NCBI GenBank assembly: GCA_963779755.1
Contig: CAVZZO010000003.1
Span: 448,001-512,000 of the forward strand
From: an uncultured Gemmatimonadales bacterium
GTDB lineage: Bacteria; Gemmatimonadota; Gemmatimonadetes; Gemmatimonadales; GWC2-71-9
Length of the DNA: 64,000 bases
Reading direction: 5' to 3'
Positions 20,522-28,722 of the stretch are shown here, in pieces; positions within the stretch are counted from its first letter, which is position 1, and each line of letters opens with the position of its first letter. Position numbers and translations under genes: made by a program. The notes under the pieces were generated by a model. The model saw only the letters and a list, made by a program, of their open reading frames with translations. It did not search any database and had not been told where the DNA came from.

Positions 20522-23500
20522 TCACGGCTTCTCCGTCAATCGCCGGAAGTACTCCACTACCAGCCGCCGCTCTTCCGGCGAGAGCTGTTGCAGCGTCTCC
20601 CAGTCGGGCATCCGCAGCGTATTGTCGTCCCCCTGCAGCTTGAGCCGCAGCGCCGGCGGCAGGTGAACACTGTCGCCCGTGGCGGCCGTGCTCTTGCGCT
20701 CCTTGTTGGGATCTTCCTGCTCGCCCTGAAGCGTGCGGCCCGCATCCAGCAGGCGGCGGTAGAGCCGCTCCTGCCGGTCCACCGTCTGCCGGTCCAGCCG
20801 CCCCTGCTCCAGCTGTTGCGACAGCTGCCGCGCCTGCTCCGCCAGCTCGCCCGCGCCCGGCAGCTGCCCCTGGGCCCGCAACCGCTCCAGCCGCTCGGCC
20901 ATGGCCCGCTGCCGGTCGGCCAGGGCGCGGAGCTGCTGCTGGATGGCGCCCTGGCCGGCCATCGGCAACAGCGAGGCGGCGTCCTGATTGAGCGCCCCCT
21001 GCTGCCCGGCGAGCTGCTGCATCTGCTCCAGCGCCTCCTGCAGGCCGCTGCCGCTGCCCGCCCCCGAAACCTGGTTCTGGCTCCGGGCCATCTGATACGA
21101 TGCGGCATTGAGCGCGTCCACCGCCTGCTCCGCCGCCTCCGCCGCCGAGCGCGGGTCGGGAGTGGCGTTGGAGATGGCGTCCTGGGCCCGCTGCATCTGT
21201 TGCTGCGCCACACTCAGCGCCACGCTGATCTGGGGGGAGACCAGCGCGTTCTTGCCCGCGGTCTGGGTCATCTGGTCTTTCAGCTTCTGCACCCCCTCCT
21301 GCAGCGCCCCCAGCTCACCCCGCATGGCAGGCAGGCTCGAGGGGTCCTCCTCCCGCAACTGCCGGGAAAGCTGCAGCTGCCGCTCGGTGAGCCGGCTGGT
21401 CTCGCTCAGCGCGCGATCCAGCCCGGCGCTGACCTCCTGCCGCCAGGCGTCCTGCATCGCCTGCCGCTCCTGGCTCAGCTGGTCGCCCAGGGGGCCCAGC
21501 AGGTCCGACGCCTGCTGCCCCTGCCGGCGCGCCTGCTGCCGCTGGCCGCTCTGCATGGATCGCGACGCCGAGCGCATCTGCTGCCCCGCCTGCGCCGCCT
21601 GTTGCGCCGCGGCCTGGAGGCGCGCCTGCCGCGCCGAGTCGCCGGTCTGCGGCGCCACCCGCTGCAGCGCCGCCGCCAGCGAGTCGGCCCGCTGCGCCAG
21701 CTGCCGCTCACTCCGCTGGGCCTGGGTGGAGTCCATCCGGCCGGTCTGCTGGTTCCAGTCCTGCTGGTCGCGGTTCAGCTCCCGGCTTTCCGCGGCCAGG
21801 TTGCTGAGGTCGCCCTCCAGCGCGGCGCGGCGGAACAGCTCCCGGCTGCGTTCCAGCGCCTCGCGCAGCTGCTTCTGCGCCTGGGCCAGCTTCTCCAGCG
21901 CCTCGCGCGCCTGCTGGGGATCGAGATTCTTGAGCGCCTGCTGCAGTTCCTCCAGCCGCTGGCGCAGCTCCGGGGTCAACGCCCGGTCGAGCTCATCCCG
22001 GATCTCCTGCAGCCGCTGCTGCCAGACCGGATCGTTGAGCCCCGCGGCCTCGGCGCTCTTCTGCAGCTGGTCCAGCACGTCTTTCAGGTCTTCGGCCTGC
22101 TGCAGCAGCTGTTCCTGCGACTGGGCGATCGCCTGCGCCTTCTGGGCCGACTGGTAGGACATGGACTCCTGGGTGCTGCCATCCTGCCCCTGGCCGCCCT
22201 CGGCGCGCTCCCGCTCGCGGGAGAGGTCTTCCGTCTGACGCTCCAGCCGGCTGCTGCTGCCGGCCAGCGAGTCCATGCGGCTTTCCACACCGGCCGACGC
22301 CTGCCGCACCGCCGCCCGCACTTCCGAGAGCGAAGGCAGCCGCAGCAGATACTCCGGCGAGCGCCCGGTGTGCGCGGCGGGCGCGTTATCGCGCGCGGTA
22401 ACCAGGTAGTGCAGCGTGTCGCCCGGGAGCAGGTTGCGGCGGCTGAAGTCGAAGTCCACCGTGAGCAGGGCGTGGTCGGGCGTGCCGCCGGGGAGCGGCA
22501 CCGCCTGCTGCTGCGACGAGTCGCGTAGCCCCAGCCGGCTCACCCGCCAGCTGGTGAGCTCCACGGCGCGGAGGCCATGGTCGTCCTGGGCGTCGACTAC
22601 CAGCGGCAGCCGCATGCTGAGCGGCGCCACCGTGTCGGCGCCGGGGACCGGCACCAGCACCACGGGCGCGCTGTCCGGCACCACGCGCACCGGCAGGCGC
22701 ACGGTGTCGCCCGCCAGCGGAGTGCCGTCCCCGGTGCCCAGCGCCAGCCGGTACTCCCCTGACGCCGCCGGGACGAAGCTCCCGCTGAAGGACCGCCCGC
22801 GGATGTCGAGCGGGATGGTATCGCGCTCCCGCACCCACCCACCCCGGGTGAGGGCCGCCGTCGCCTCGCCCTGGACCTCGAGCCGGGTGCCCGCCGGCAA
22901 CAGCAGGGTATCGCCCGAGAGCGGCATGGGCTCGCTCTCGAGTCCCAGGTAGGCGGGATAGCGCGCGGTGACGCTGATCGCGCCAAGAAAGGCGGGGATT
23001 CGCACATGGACGCGGACCGTGTCCGACACGCGGCGCCCGGCCATGGCCAGCGCGAAGAGATCGGTCCGGAGCGGCCCCACCGGCAGGGTGGCGAGACCGG
23101 CGGTATCCAACGCGACCGCCTGCGCCCGCCAGGGCTCCCCGGGAGCGCGGAGCAACAGCGTCACCCGGCGCCGGCCAATGGCACGCAGATGCAGCTCGGC
23201 ACTGCCGCCGCGGTCGACGGTATCCTGGGCGGCCCGGAGCGCCACCGGCGCCATGGTGGCTTCCCAGGCGCGGCCCGGATGCCACAACGCCGCCACCACG
23301 CCGTGGTGCGGTCCGGCGCTCACGAAGAGCAGGAGTCCCAGCGCGAACAGTCCCGCGCCGCCGGTCAGCTCCCGGCGAAAATGCTGCCGCAGGGGGCGCA
23401 GGCTCTCCGGCGCGCTGCGGACCAGCTCCGCCGCCTGGGCAGCATCAGCCGCGGCGAGCAGGGAGCTGCTGGTCCCGGGGGCCGGCGCGTCCAGAAAGCC

Positions 23501-23806
23501 CCGCACCGAGCCGGAGCGCCGGTGCCCCAGCTCCTCCAGCCGGCCCGCCAGCCAGGGCGGGGTAAGATGCGCCGAGGCACGGAGCGCCCACACCAGCAAC
23601 GCCGCCAGCACCAGTAGCGCGGCGGTCCAGGCCAGCAGCACCCAGGCGGGGGTGCGGACCCAGCCCAGGCGAACCAGCCAGCCCAGCGCGCCCAGGGTGA
23701 GCGCCGCGGCCCCGGTGGCCGCCGCCATCCCGGCCGCCAGGCGCACGCCGCGGAAGGGGCGGGCGAGCCGGCGCACCAGGGCCCTGGTGGAAACCTCGGG
23801 AGTCAT
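20522..23806 (-). CDS. DUF4175-like membrane protein with Ig-like domains and long Gln-rich coiled coil
   Basis: N-terminal TM helices, P.Y.G / DSAP.V / AQDDHGL / LLPGDTLHY..TARDN motifs, Q-rich coiled coil, VVEYFRRL C-terminus. Confidence 0.75.
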   Translation of the reverse strand: MTPEVSTRALVRRLARPFRGVRLAAGMAAATGAAALTLGALGWLVRLGWVRTPAWVLLAWTAALLVLAALLVWALRASAHLTPPWLAGRLEELGHRRSGSVRGFLDAPAPGTSSSLLAAADAAQAAELVRSAPESLRPLRQHFRRELTGGAGLFALGLLLFVSAGPHHGVVAALWHPGRAWEATMAPVALRAAQDTVDRGGSAELHLRAIGRRRVTLLLRAPGEPWRAQAVALDTAGLATLPVGPLRTDLFALAMAGRRVSDTVRVHVRIPAFLGAISVTARYPAYLGLESEPMPLSGDTLLLPAGTRLEVQGEATAALTRGGWVRERDTIPLDIRGRSFSGSFVPAASGEYRLALGTGDGTPLAGDTVRLPVRVVPDSAPVVLVPVPGADTVAPLSMRLPLVVDAQDDHGLRAVELTSWRVSRLGLRDSSQQQAVPLPGGTPDHALLTVDFDFSRRNLLPGDTLHYLVTARDNAPAAHTGRSPEYLLRLPSLSEVRAAVRQASAGVESRMDSLAGSSSRLERQTEDLSRERERAEGGQGQDGSTQESMSYQSAQKAQAIAQSQEQLLQQAEDLKDVLDQLQKSAEAAGLNDPVWQQRLQEIRDELDRALTPELRQRLEELQQALKNLDPQQAREALEKLAQAQKQLREALERSRELFRRAALEGDLSNLAAESRELNRDQQDWNQQTGRMDSTQAQRSERQLAQRADSLAAALQRVAPQTGDSARQARLQAAAQQAAQAGQQMRSASRSMQSGQRQQARRQGQQASDLLGPLGDQLSQERQAMQDAWRQEVSAGLDRALSETSRLTERQLQLSRQLREEDPSSLPAMRGELGALQEGVQKLKDQMTQTAGKNALVSPQISVALSVAQQQMQRAQDAISNATPDPRSAAEAAEQAVDALNAASYQMARSQNQVSGAGSGSGLQEALEQMQQLAGQQGALNQDAASLLPMAGQGAIQQQLRALADRQRAMAERLERLRAQGQLPGAGELAEQARQLSQQLEQGRLDRQTVDRQERLYRRLLDAGRTLQGEQEDPNKERKSTAATGDSVHLPPALRLKLQGDDNTLRMPDWETLQQLSPEERRLVVEYFRRLTEKP

Positions 23807-24504
23807 CCGCCGTACCCTACGGCGTACGCAAAGAGATTCACGCCCATGCGCAGCGCCGCCTCGTGCAATGCCGGCGGATCATGATGCACCTCGTAGTCTT
23901 CCCAGCCGTCGCCCAGGTCCGACTGATAGGAGTAGTACACGACGAGGCGCCCATCGAGGAAGATTCCGAAGCCCTGCGCCGGCAGGCCGTCATGCTCGTG
24001 GATCTTGGGAATGCCTTTGGGGAAATCGTAGATCAAGTGGTAGATCGGGTGGCTCAGCGGCACCTCCACCAGTGGGTGGTCGGGAAAGAGCCGCGCCAGT
24101 TCCCGGCGAATGGACTTGTCCATGCCGTAGTTGTCGTCGGCATGGAGGAAGCCGCCCTGGCGGAGATAGCGGCGCAGGACTTCCAGGTCCTGGTCGCTGA
24201 AGTGCACGTTCCCATGCCCCGTCATGTAAATGTAGGGGACGTTCCAGAGCTGGGCGTCCTGGAGCGTCACCACCTGCTCCCGGGCCGTCACCCTGAGCCC
24301 GGTGCGGCTCTCGATCGCCTGCAGCAGGTTGGGCAAGCTGCTCGGGTTGGCGTACCAGTCGCCCCCGCCGTCGTAGTGCAGGCGCCCGATGGTGAGCACG
24401 GGGGCGCGATCGGCGACAGCGGCTTTCAGGCGCGACGGTCCGGCCGGAGGGACCAGCAACAGCAGGGCGATCGAGCTCGCCCGGAGGTACCGCAATAGGT
24501 TCAT
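23803..24504 (-). CDS. DUF4159 domain secreted protein
   Basis: Signal peptide; YDGGGDWY.NPSSL.NL, YMTGHG, GGFLHADDNYG, DLGDGWED, ALRMGVN. Confidence 0.85.
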   Translation of the reverse strand: MNLLRYLRASSIALLLLVPPAGPSRLKAAVADRAPVLTIGRLHYDGGGDWYANPSSLPNLLQAIESRTGLRVTAREQVVTLQDAQLWNVPYIYMTGHGNVHFSDQDLEVLRRYLRQGGFLHADDNYGMDKSIRRELARLFPDHPLVEVPLSHPIYHLIYDFPKGIPKIHEHDGLPAQGFGIFLDGRLVVYYSYQSDLGDGWEDYEVHHDPPALHEAALRMGVNLFAYAVGYGG

Positions 24505-24517
24505 GACTAACTATATC

Positions 24518-24580
24518 CGGATTCCGCAGATTCTACAGATTCCTCTCGACCCTCTCGACCCCCTCGACCCCCTCGACCTA
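24518..24580. repeat. Nonamer arrays (GATTCYRCA-type and CTCGACCCY x4)
   Basis: gattccgca gattctaca gattcct ctcgaccct ctcgacccc ctcgacccc ctcgacc; overlaps rsmI TAG. Confidence 0.85.
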
Positions 24581-25432
24581 TTCTGCTCCCGCCAGCCTCA
24601 TCACCACTCCGTACAACTCATTCCTCGCCCCCATTCCCTCGTTCAGCAGCCGCTTCACCACCGCTGCGGGTCGCATGCCCTCCCCCAGCAGCTCCAAGGC
24701 CCGCGCTTCCACCGACGCCCGGTTGGGTGCCCGCTCGGCCACCTCTCCCGCCCCGGCGAGCACCAGGGTGATCTCGCCGCGGGGTGCCGTTTCCTCATAC
24801 CAGGCCCGGAGCTCGGACAGGGTGCCGGCGCGGATCTCCTCGTGCAGCTTGGTCAGCTCGCGCGCCACCACGGCGCGGCGTTCGGGCCCCACCGTTTGCG
24901 CCAGATCGGCGAGCAGGTCCACCAGCCGGTTGGCGGCCTCGTAGAGCACGATGCTCCAGGGCTCGGCGGCGACGCGGGCCAGAAAGGCGGACCGGGCGCT
25001 TCCCTTGCGGGGCGGGAAGCCGGCGAACAGGTAGCGATCGGCCGGGAGACCCGCGGCGGAGAGGGCGGCCGCCACCGCAGAGACACCCGGAATGGGGACG
25101 ACCGGGAGGCCGGCCTCGCGCACCGCGGCAACCAGCCGGGCGCCGGGGTCGCTTATCACCGGCGTGCCCGCATCGGACACCAGCGCAACGTCCCGTCCGC
25201 TCTCCAGGTGCCGCAGAATCGCGGCGATGCGGTCGTCGGGACTGTGCGCGTGGTAGCTCAGCAGGGCGGGATGGGCATCCAGGTGATGCAACAGCCGCCG
25301 GGTGTACCGGGTGTCTTCGGCAGCCACGACCGGGACGGTGCGCAGCACCTGCGCGGCGCGCGGGGTGAGGTCATCCAGATTGCCCAGCGGAGTGGCCACG
25401 ACGTAGAGCGTGCCTGCGCCGGCCTCGCTCAC
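24578..25432 (-). CDS. rsmI: 16S rRNA (cytidine1402-2'-O)-methyltransferase
   Basis: GTLYVVATPLGNL, AAEDTR, LVSDAGTPVISDPG, ARELTKLHEE; GTG start overlapping upstream stop. Confidence 0.95.
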   Translation of the reverse strand: MSEAGAGTLYVVATPLGNLDDLTPRAAQVLRTVPVVAAEDTRYTRRLLHHLDAHPALLSYHAHSPDDRIAAILRHLESGRDVALVSDAGTPVISDPGARLVAAVREAGLPVVPIPGVSAVAAALSAAGLPADRYLFAGFPPRKGSARSAFLARVAAEPWSIVLYEAANRLVDLLADLAQTVGPERRAVVARELTKLHEEIRAGTLSELRAWYEETAPRGEITLVLAGAGEVAERAPNRASVEARALELLGEGMRPAAVVKRLLNEGMGARNELYGVVMRLAGAE

Positions 25433-26433
25433 CACTCCACCCGCCAGGGCAGCCGGTCGTAGAAGCCGGCCGCCTGGAGCATGTAGCGGTGTTCGTAGGT
25501 CGCTTCGCGGACGATGCGGGTCGCGGCCCCGGGCGCCACCAACTCCACCTCGTCGAGCAGGGTCCGCACCCAGCGGGCCAGCGCCTGGGTGAGCGCCTCG
25601 GCGCTTACCGGCGTGTTCGCCTGCCCTTCGAGCAGCGTGCCCAGCGCCGGCTCGTCGCGGGCCAGGGCGACACTGGTGCGGTCGCTCCGCCGGCGCCCCT
25701 CCCCCGGCCACTCGGCTTCCACCGCCGCCCCGATCCGCTGGTGCACCTCGCGATAGGCGGCGACCTGCGCCGCCGACGCCTGCACCGGGATCCGGTCCAG
25801 CTCCGGCAGCACCGCCACGGACAGCTCCGGCGCAGCGCCGTCGGGCAGCGGCGCGAAGAGCGATTCCATATAGCGACCCACCGGCATCTCGGGCGGGCGA
25901 TCGGAGAAGTAGCCGGTCACGAACCTGCCGTCGCTGAAGAGCAGGTAGTTGACCCGCCCGTCGGAGATGAACTCCACCACGCCGCTGAAGCGCTCGTCCG
26001 AGAGAGCGGCGAAGAAGCCCGGCGGGTTGGAGGGATCGACCGGGCGCTGATCGGCGCGGCCGGCGCAGGCGGCATACATCCAGGTGAGCTGCTGCAAGGG
26101 CGCGGTGGCGTAGCAGAGCTCGGAGCGCTCCTGCTCGGCGCGGACCCGCCGCAGGCCCTCGCTCACCACCACCGGTCCCCGGCCCTCGCTGTTGATCCCC
26201 ACCGCGTTGACCAGCTCACCGCCGTCAAAGAAGAACAGCAGCACCTCGTCGGGCAGGTAGGCCGCCAGATAGGCGTCTACCCGGCCGTCGCGGTCGTGCT
26301 TGGCGAAGGCGATGAGATGATCGAGATGAACGAAGAGAGCGCGCGTCCGTCCCAGCAGCGCGCGGTCGGCCGGGAAGGTGAGCTGCGAGAGTCGGACCGA
26401 CGAGAAGGGCAAGCGAGCGCTGCTCGCGCGCAT
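25429..26433 (-). CDS. Hypothetical protein, possible tandem DUF4388/PATAN-like domains
   Basis: 334 aa; two related beta-rich segments (LLFFFDGGELVNA; FSGVVEF...YLLFSDGRFVTG). Confidence 0.7.
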   Translation of the reverse strand: MRASSARLPFSSVRLSQLTFPADRALLGRTRALFVHLDHLIAFAKHDRDGRVDAYLAAYLPDEVLLFFFDGGELVNAVGINSEGRGPVVVSEGLRRVRAEQERSELCYATAPLQQLTWMYAACAGRADQRPVDPSNPPGFFAALSDERFSGVVEFISDGRVNYLLFSDGRFVTGYFSDRPPEMPVGRYMESLFAPLPDGAAPELSVAVLPELDRIPVQASAAQVAAYREVHQRIGAAVEAEWPGEGRRRSDRTSVALARDEPALGTLLEGQANTPVSAEALTQALARWVRTLLDEVELVAPGAATRIVREATYEHRYMLQAAGFYDRLPWRVEW

Positions 26434-26444
26434 AGACCGGCTCC

Positions 26445-26478
26445 CGATCCCCGGCGCCCCGAGAGGCGCCGGGGATCG
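26445..26478. terminator. 14-bp perfect GC hairpin downstream of trxA
   Basis: CGATCCCCGGCGCC-ccgaga-GGCGCCGGGGATCG; no U-tract, may be an mRNA-stabilising stem. Confidence 0.55.
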
Positions 26479-26485
26479 CCCGGAG

Positions 26486-26824
26486 TCAGGAAAGGTGCTG
26501 CTGGATCTTGGTGTCGAGCACCGTCTTGGGCACGGCGCCCACGACGGTATCCACGTGCTTTCCGTCCTTGAAGAACAGAATGCTGGGAATCGACCGGATG
26601 TTGAATTTCATGCTGGTGCGCTGGTTGGCGTCGACGTCCACCTTGGCCACGCGCACCTTGCCCTGGTGCTGCTCGGCCAGCTGCTCCAGCACCGGGGCGA
26701 CGATCTGGCAGGGCCCGCACCACGTGGCCCAGAAATCGACCAGCACCAGGCCGTTGCTCTGCTCCACCTCGGCCGAGAAGTTGTCGTCGGTAACCTGCGT
26801 GATGTTGCCGTTGATTCCGCTCAT
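26486..26824 (-). CDS. trxA: Thioredoxin
   Basis: VDFWATWCGPC, IRSIP. Confidence 0.97.
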   Translation of the reverse strand: MSGINGNITQVTDDNFSAEVEQSNGLVLVDFWATWCGPCQIVAPVLEQLAEQHQGKVRVAKVDVDANQRTSMKFNIRSIPSILFFKDGKHVDTVVGAVPKTVLDTKIQQHLS

Positions 26825-26941
26825 GTCTGCTGTTTTCTCCTTCGGCGCCCTGCCCGCCGGGAGCGGGGCCGATTACTTTAGCCGCACACCGGCCCGGCCG
26901 GCGGCGAACGTGTCGGGTGTCATTGTCTGGAGCGCGCTGCC

Positions 26942-27337
26942 ATGCCCCAAACTCCTCGTATTGCCCACGTCGGGATCGCGGTACACGACCTCGACGAGGC
27001 CCTGGCCTTCTACCGCGACGTGCTGGGCCTCGAGCCCGGGCCGCGGGAAACCGCCGACGGCGCCGGCATCGTGGCCCTGCCCTTCGGCGAGTCCGAGGTG
27101 GAACTCCTCACCCCGCTGGAACCGGATGGCCCCATTGCCCGCTTCCTGGCCCGGCGCGGCCCCGGGATTCATCATATCTGCTACCGCGTTCCCGATCTCG
27201 AGGCGGCGCTGGCCGCCTGCCGGGCCGCGGGGTACCGCCTGATAGACGAACACCCTCGCACCGGCGCGGGGGGCCGGCGTATCGCCTTTGTGCACCCCAA
27301 GTCGACCGCGGGTGTCCTGCTCGAGCTCACCGAGTGA
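26942..27337 (+). CDS. mce: Methylmalonyl-CoA epimerase (VOC family)
   Basis: HVGIAV, VELLTP, FLARRGPGIHHICY, AFVHPKSTAGVLLELTE. Confidence 0.9.
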   Translation: MPQTPRIAHVGIAVHDLDEALAFYRDVLGLEPGPRETADGAGIVALPFGESEVELLTPLEPDGPIARFLARRGPGIHHICYRVPDLEAALAACRAAGYRLIDEHPRTGAGGRRIAFVHPKSTAGVLLELTE

Positions 27338-27373
27338 AGAACACCGCGGCGGCCCGGCGGGTTCCCGGCCCGC

Positions 27374-27826
27374 TCAGGGCTGGCAGGGCTTGCCCGGACT
27401 CCCGATCAGCGCCAGGTCGAACTGATAGACCAGCCATTGGCCCTGCCCCGTCCGAATGGTGGTGATCGGGACGGTTCTGGTGCAGCCGGACCGCGAGAAC
27501 TCCACCTCGACGACGCGCTGGTCGTCGCGGCCATGCACCGGCAGATTCTGGACGACCCGATAATGATTGGGTTTCAGATAGGCCTGCATGACCGCGATGC
27601 GGCGAAAATAATCGGGCGGCTGGTTGGTGGCCGACGAAGGCCCCCGCGAGGTGCCCCAGAGCGCCGCCATGGCGGAGAGATTGCTGTCGGCGGCGGCCTG
27701 GAGGAATTGCTCCACCGCACTCTGGCCGGTGGTGGCAGGATCGACGGTACCGGTCCGGTGGCTGCTGCAGGCGGCCGCGAGCACCAGAAAGAGTCCGGCA
27801 ACGACAGATCGTCTCACAGCAGGCAT
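27374..27826 (-). CDS. Hypothetical lipoprotein (NTF2-like/DUF4878-like)
   Basis: Lipobox LAAAC; AVEQFLQAA...WLV pattern. Confidence 0.75.
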   Translation of the reverse strand: MPAVRRSVVAGLFLVLAAACSSHRTGTVDPATTGQSAVEQFLQAAADSNLSAMAALWGTSRGPSSATNQPPDYFRRIAVMQAYLKPNHYRVVQNLPVHGRDDQRVVEVEFSRSGCTRTVPITTIRTGQGQWLVYQFDLALIGSPGKPCQP

Positions 27827-27875
27827 CCGGGGTTGGACTGGACTCGAAAACTAACGGCCACCAGAGGCCCGAGCA

Positions 27876-28607
27876 ATGAGCGCCATGCGATTCTACGTCA
27901 ACATTGATCATGTGGCCACGCTGCGGCAGGCGCGCCGGACCGACGAGCCCGATCCGCTCGCCGCCGCCGCGGCCGCCGAGGCGGGCGGCGCCGAGGGCAT
28001 CACGGCGCATCTGCGGGAGGATCGCCGCCATATCCAGGATGCCGATGTCCGCGCGCTCGCGAGCGCCGTCACCACTGTGCTGAACCTGGAACTCGCCACC
28101 AGCCCGGAGATCGTCCAGCTCGCCGCCGGGTTGCGCCCCTTCCAGGCCACGCTGGTCCCCGAGAGCCGGGAAGAGGTCACCACCGAAGGGGGACTCCGCC
28201 TCTCCGGCGACCAGGCGCGCCTGCGGGAGACCATCGCCCGGCTGAGCGGCGCGGGCATCCGCGTGAGCCTGTTCATTGACCCCGAACCCGGCGTCATCGA
28301 TCAGGCCGCCGCGCTGGGCGTGCCCGCCGTCGAGCTCCACACCGGCCGCTACGCCCACCACTGGCGCGCGGGCGACACGGCGCTCGACGAGCTGCGGCGC
28401 GCCGCCCGGCACGCCCGCGCGGCCGGCCTGGCCGTCCATGCGGGCCACGGCCTCACCTATCGCAACGTGCAGCCGGTCGCGCGAATTCCGGAGATCGAAG
28501 AGCTCAACATCGGCCACAGCGTCGTGAGCCGGGCGATCCTCGTGGGCATGGAGCGTGCGGTGGCGGAAATGAAGGCGCTGGTGGCGGGAGCGAGGGACAA
28601 GGGATAG
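27876..28607 (+). CDS. pdxJ: Pyridoxine 5'-phosphate synthase (start may be 27885)
   Basis: [40 protein letters not shown]. Confidence 0.97.
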   Translation: MSAMRFYVNIDHVATLRQARRTDEPDPLAAAAAAEAGGAEGITAHLREDRRHIQDADVRALASAVTTVLNLELATSPEIVQLAAGLRPFQATLVPESREEVTTEGGLRLSGDQARLRETIARLSGAGIRVSLFIDPEPGVIDQAAALGVPAVELHTGRYAHHWRAGDTALDELRRAARHARAAGLAVHAGHGLTYRNVQPVARIPEIEELNIGHSVVSRAILVGMERAVAEMKALVAGARDKG

Positions 28608-28650
28608 GGGACAAGGGATCCCCGTCTCCGGTCCCCTGTCCCTTGTCCCG
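28586..28650. repeat. Inverted pair of heptamer arrays (GGGACAA family) overlapping pdxJ 3' end
   Basis: gggacaa gggatag gggacaa ggg ... ggtcccc tgtccct tgtcccg. Confidence 0.85.
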
Positions 28651-28661
28651 CTTAGATACCG

Positions 28662-28690
28662 TTGCCCCATACCTGCTCGTGCCCTACACT
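28662..28690 (+). promoter_or_regulatory. Putative sigma70 promoter
   Basis: TTGCCC-17nt-TACACT. Confidence 0.5.
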
Positions 28691-28722
28691 ATAGTCCCAA
28701 TCATGACTCTCTCCTCTCGCGC

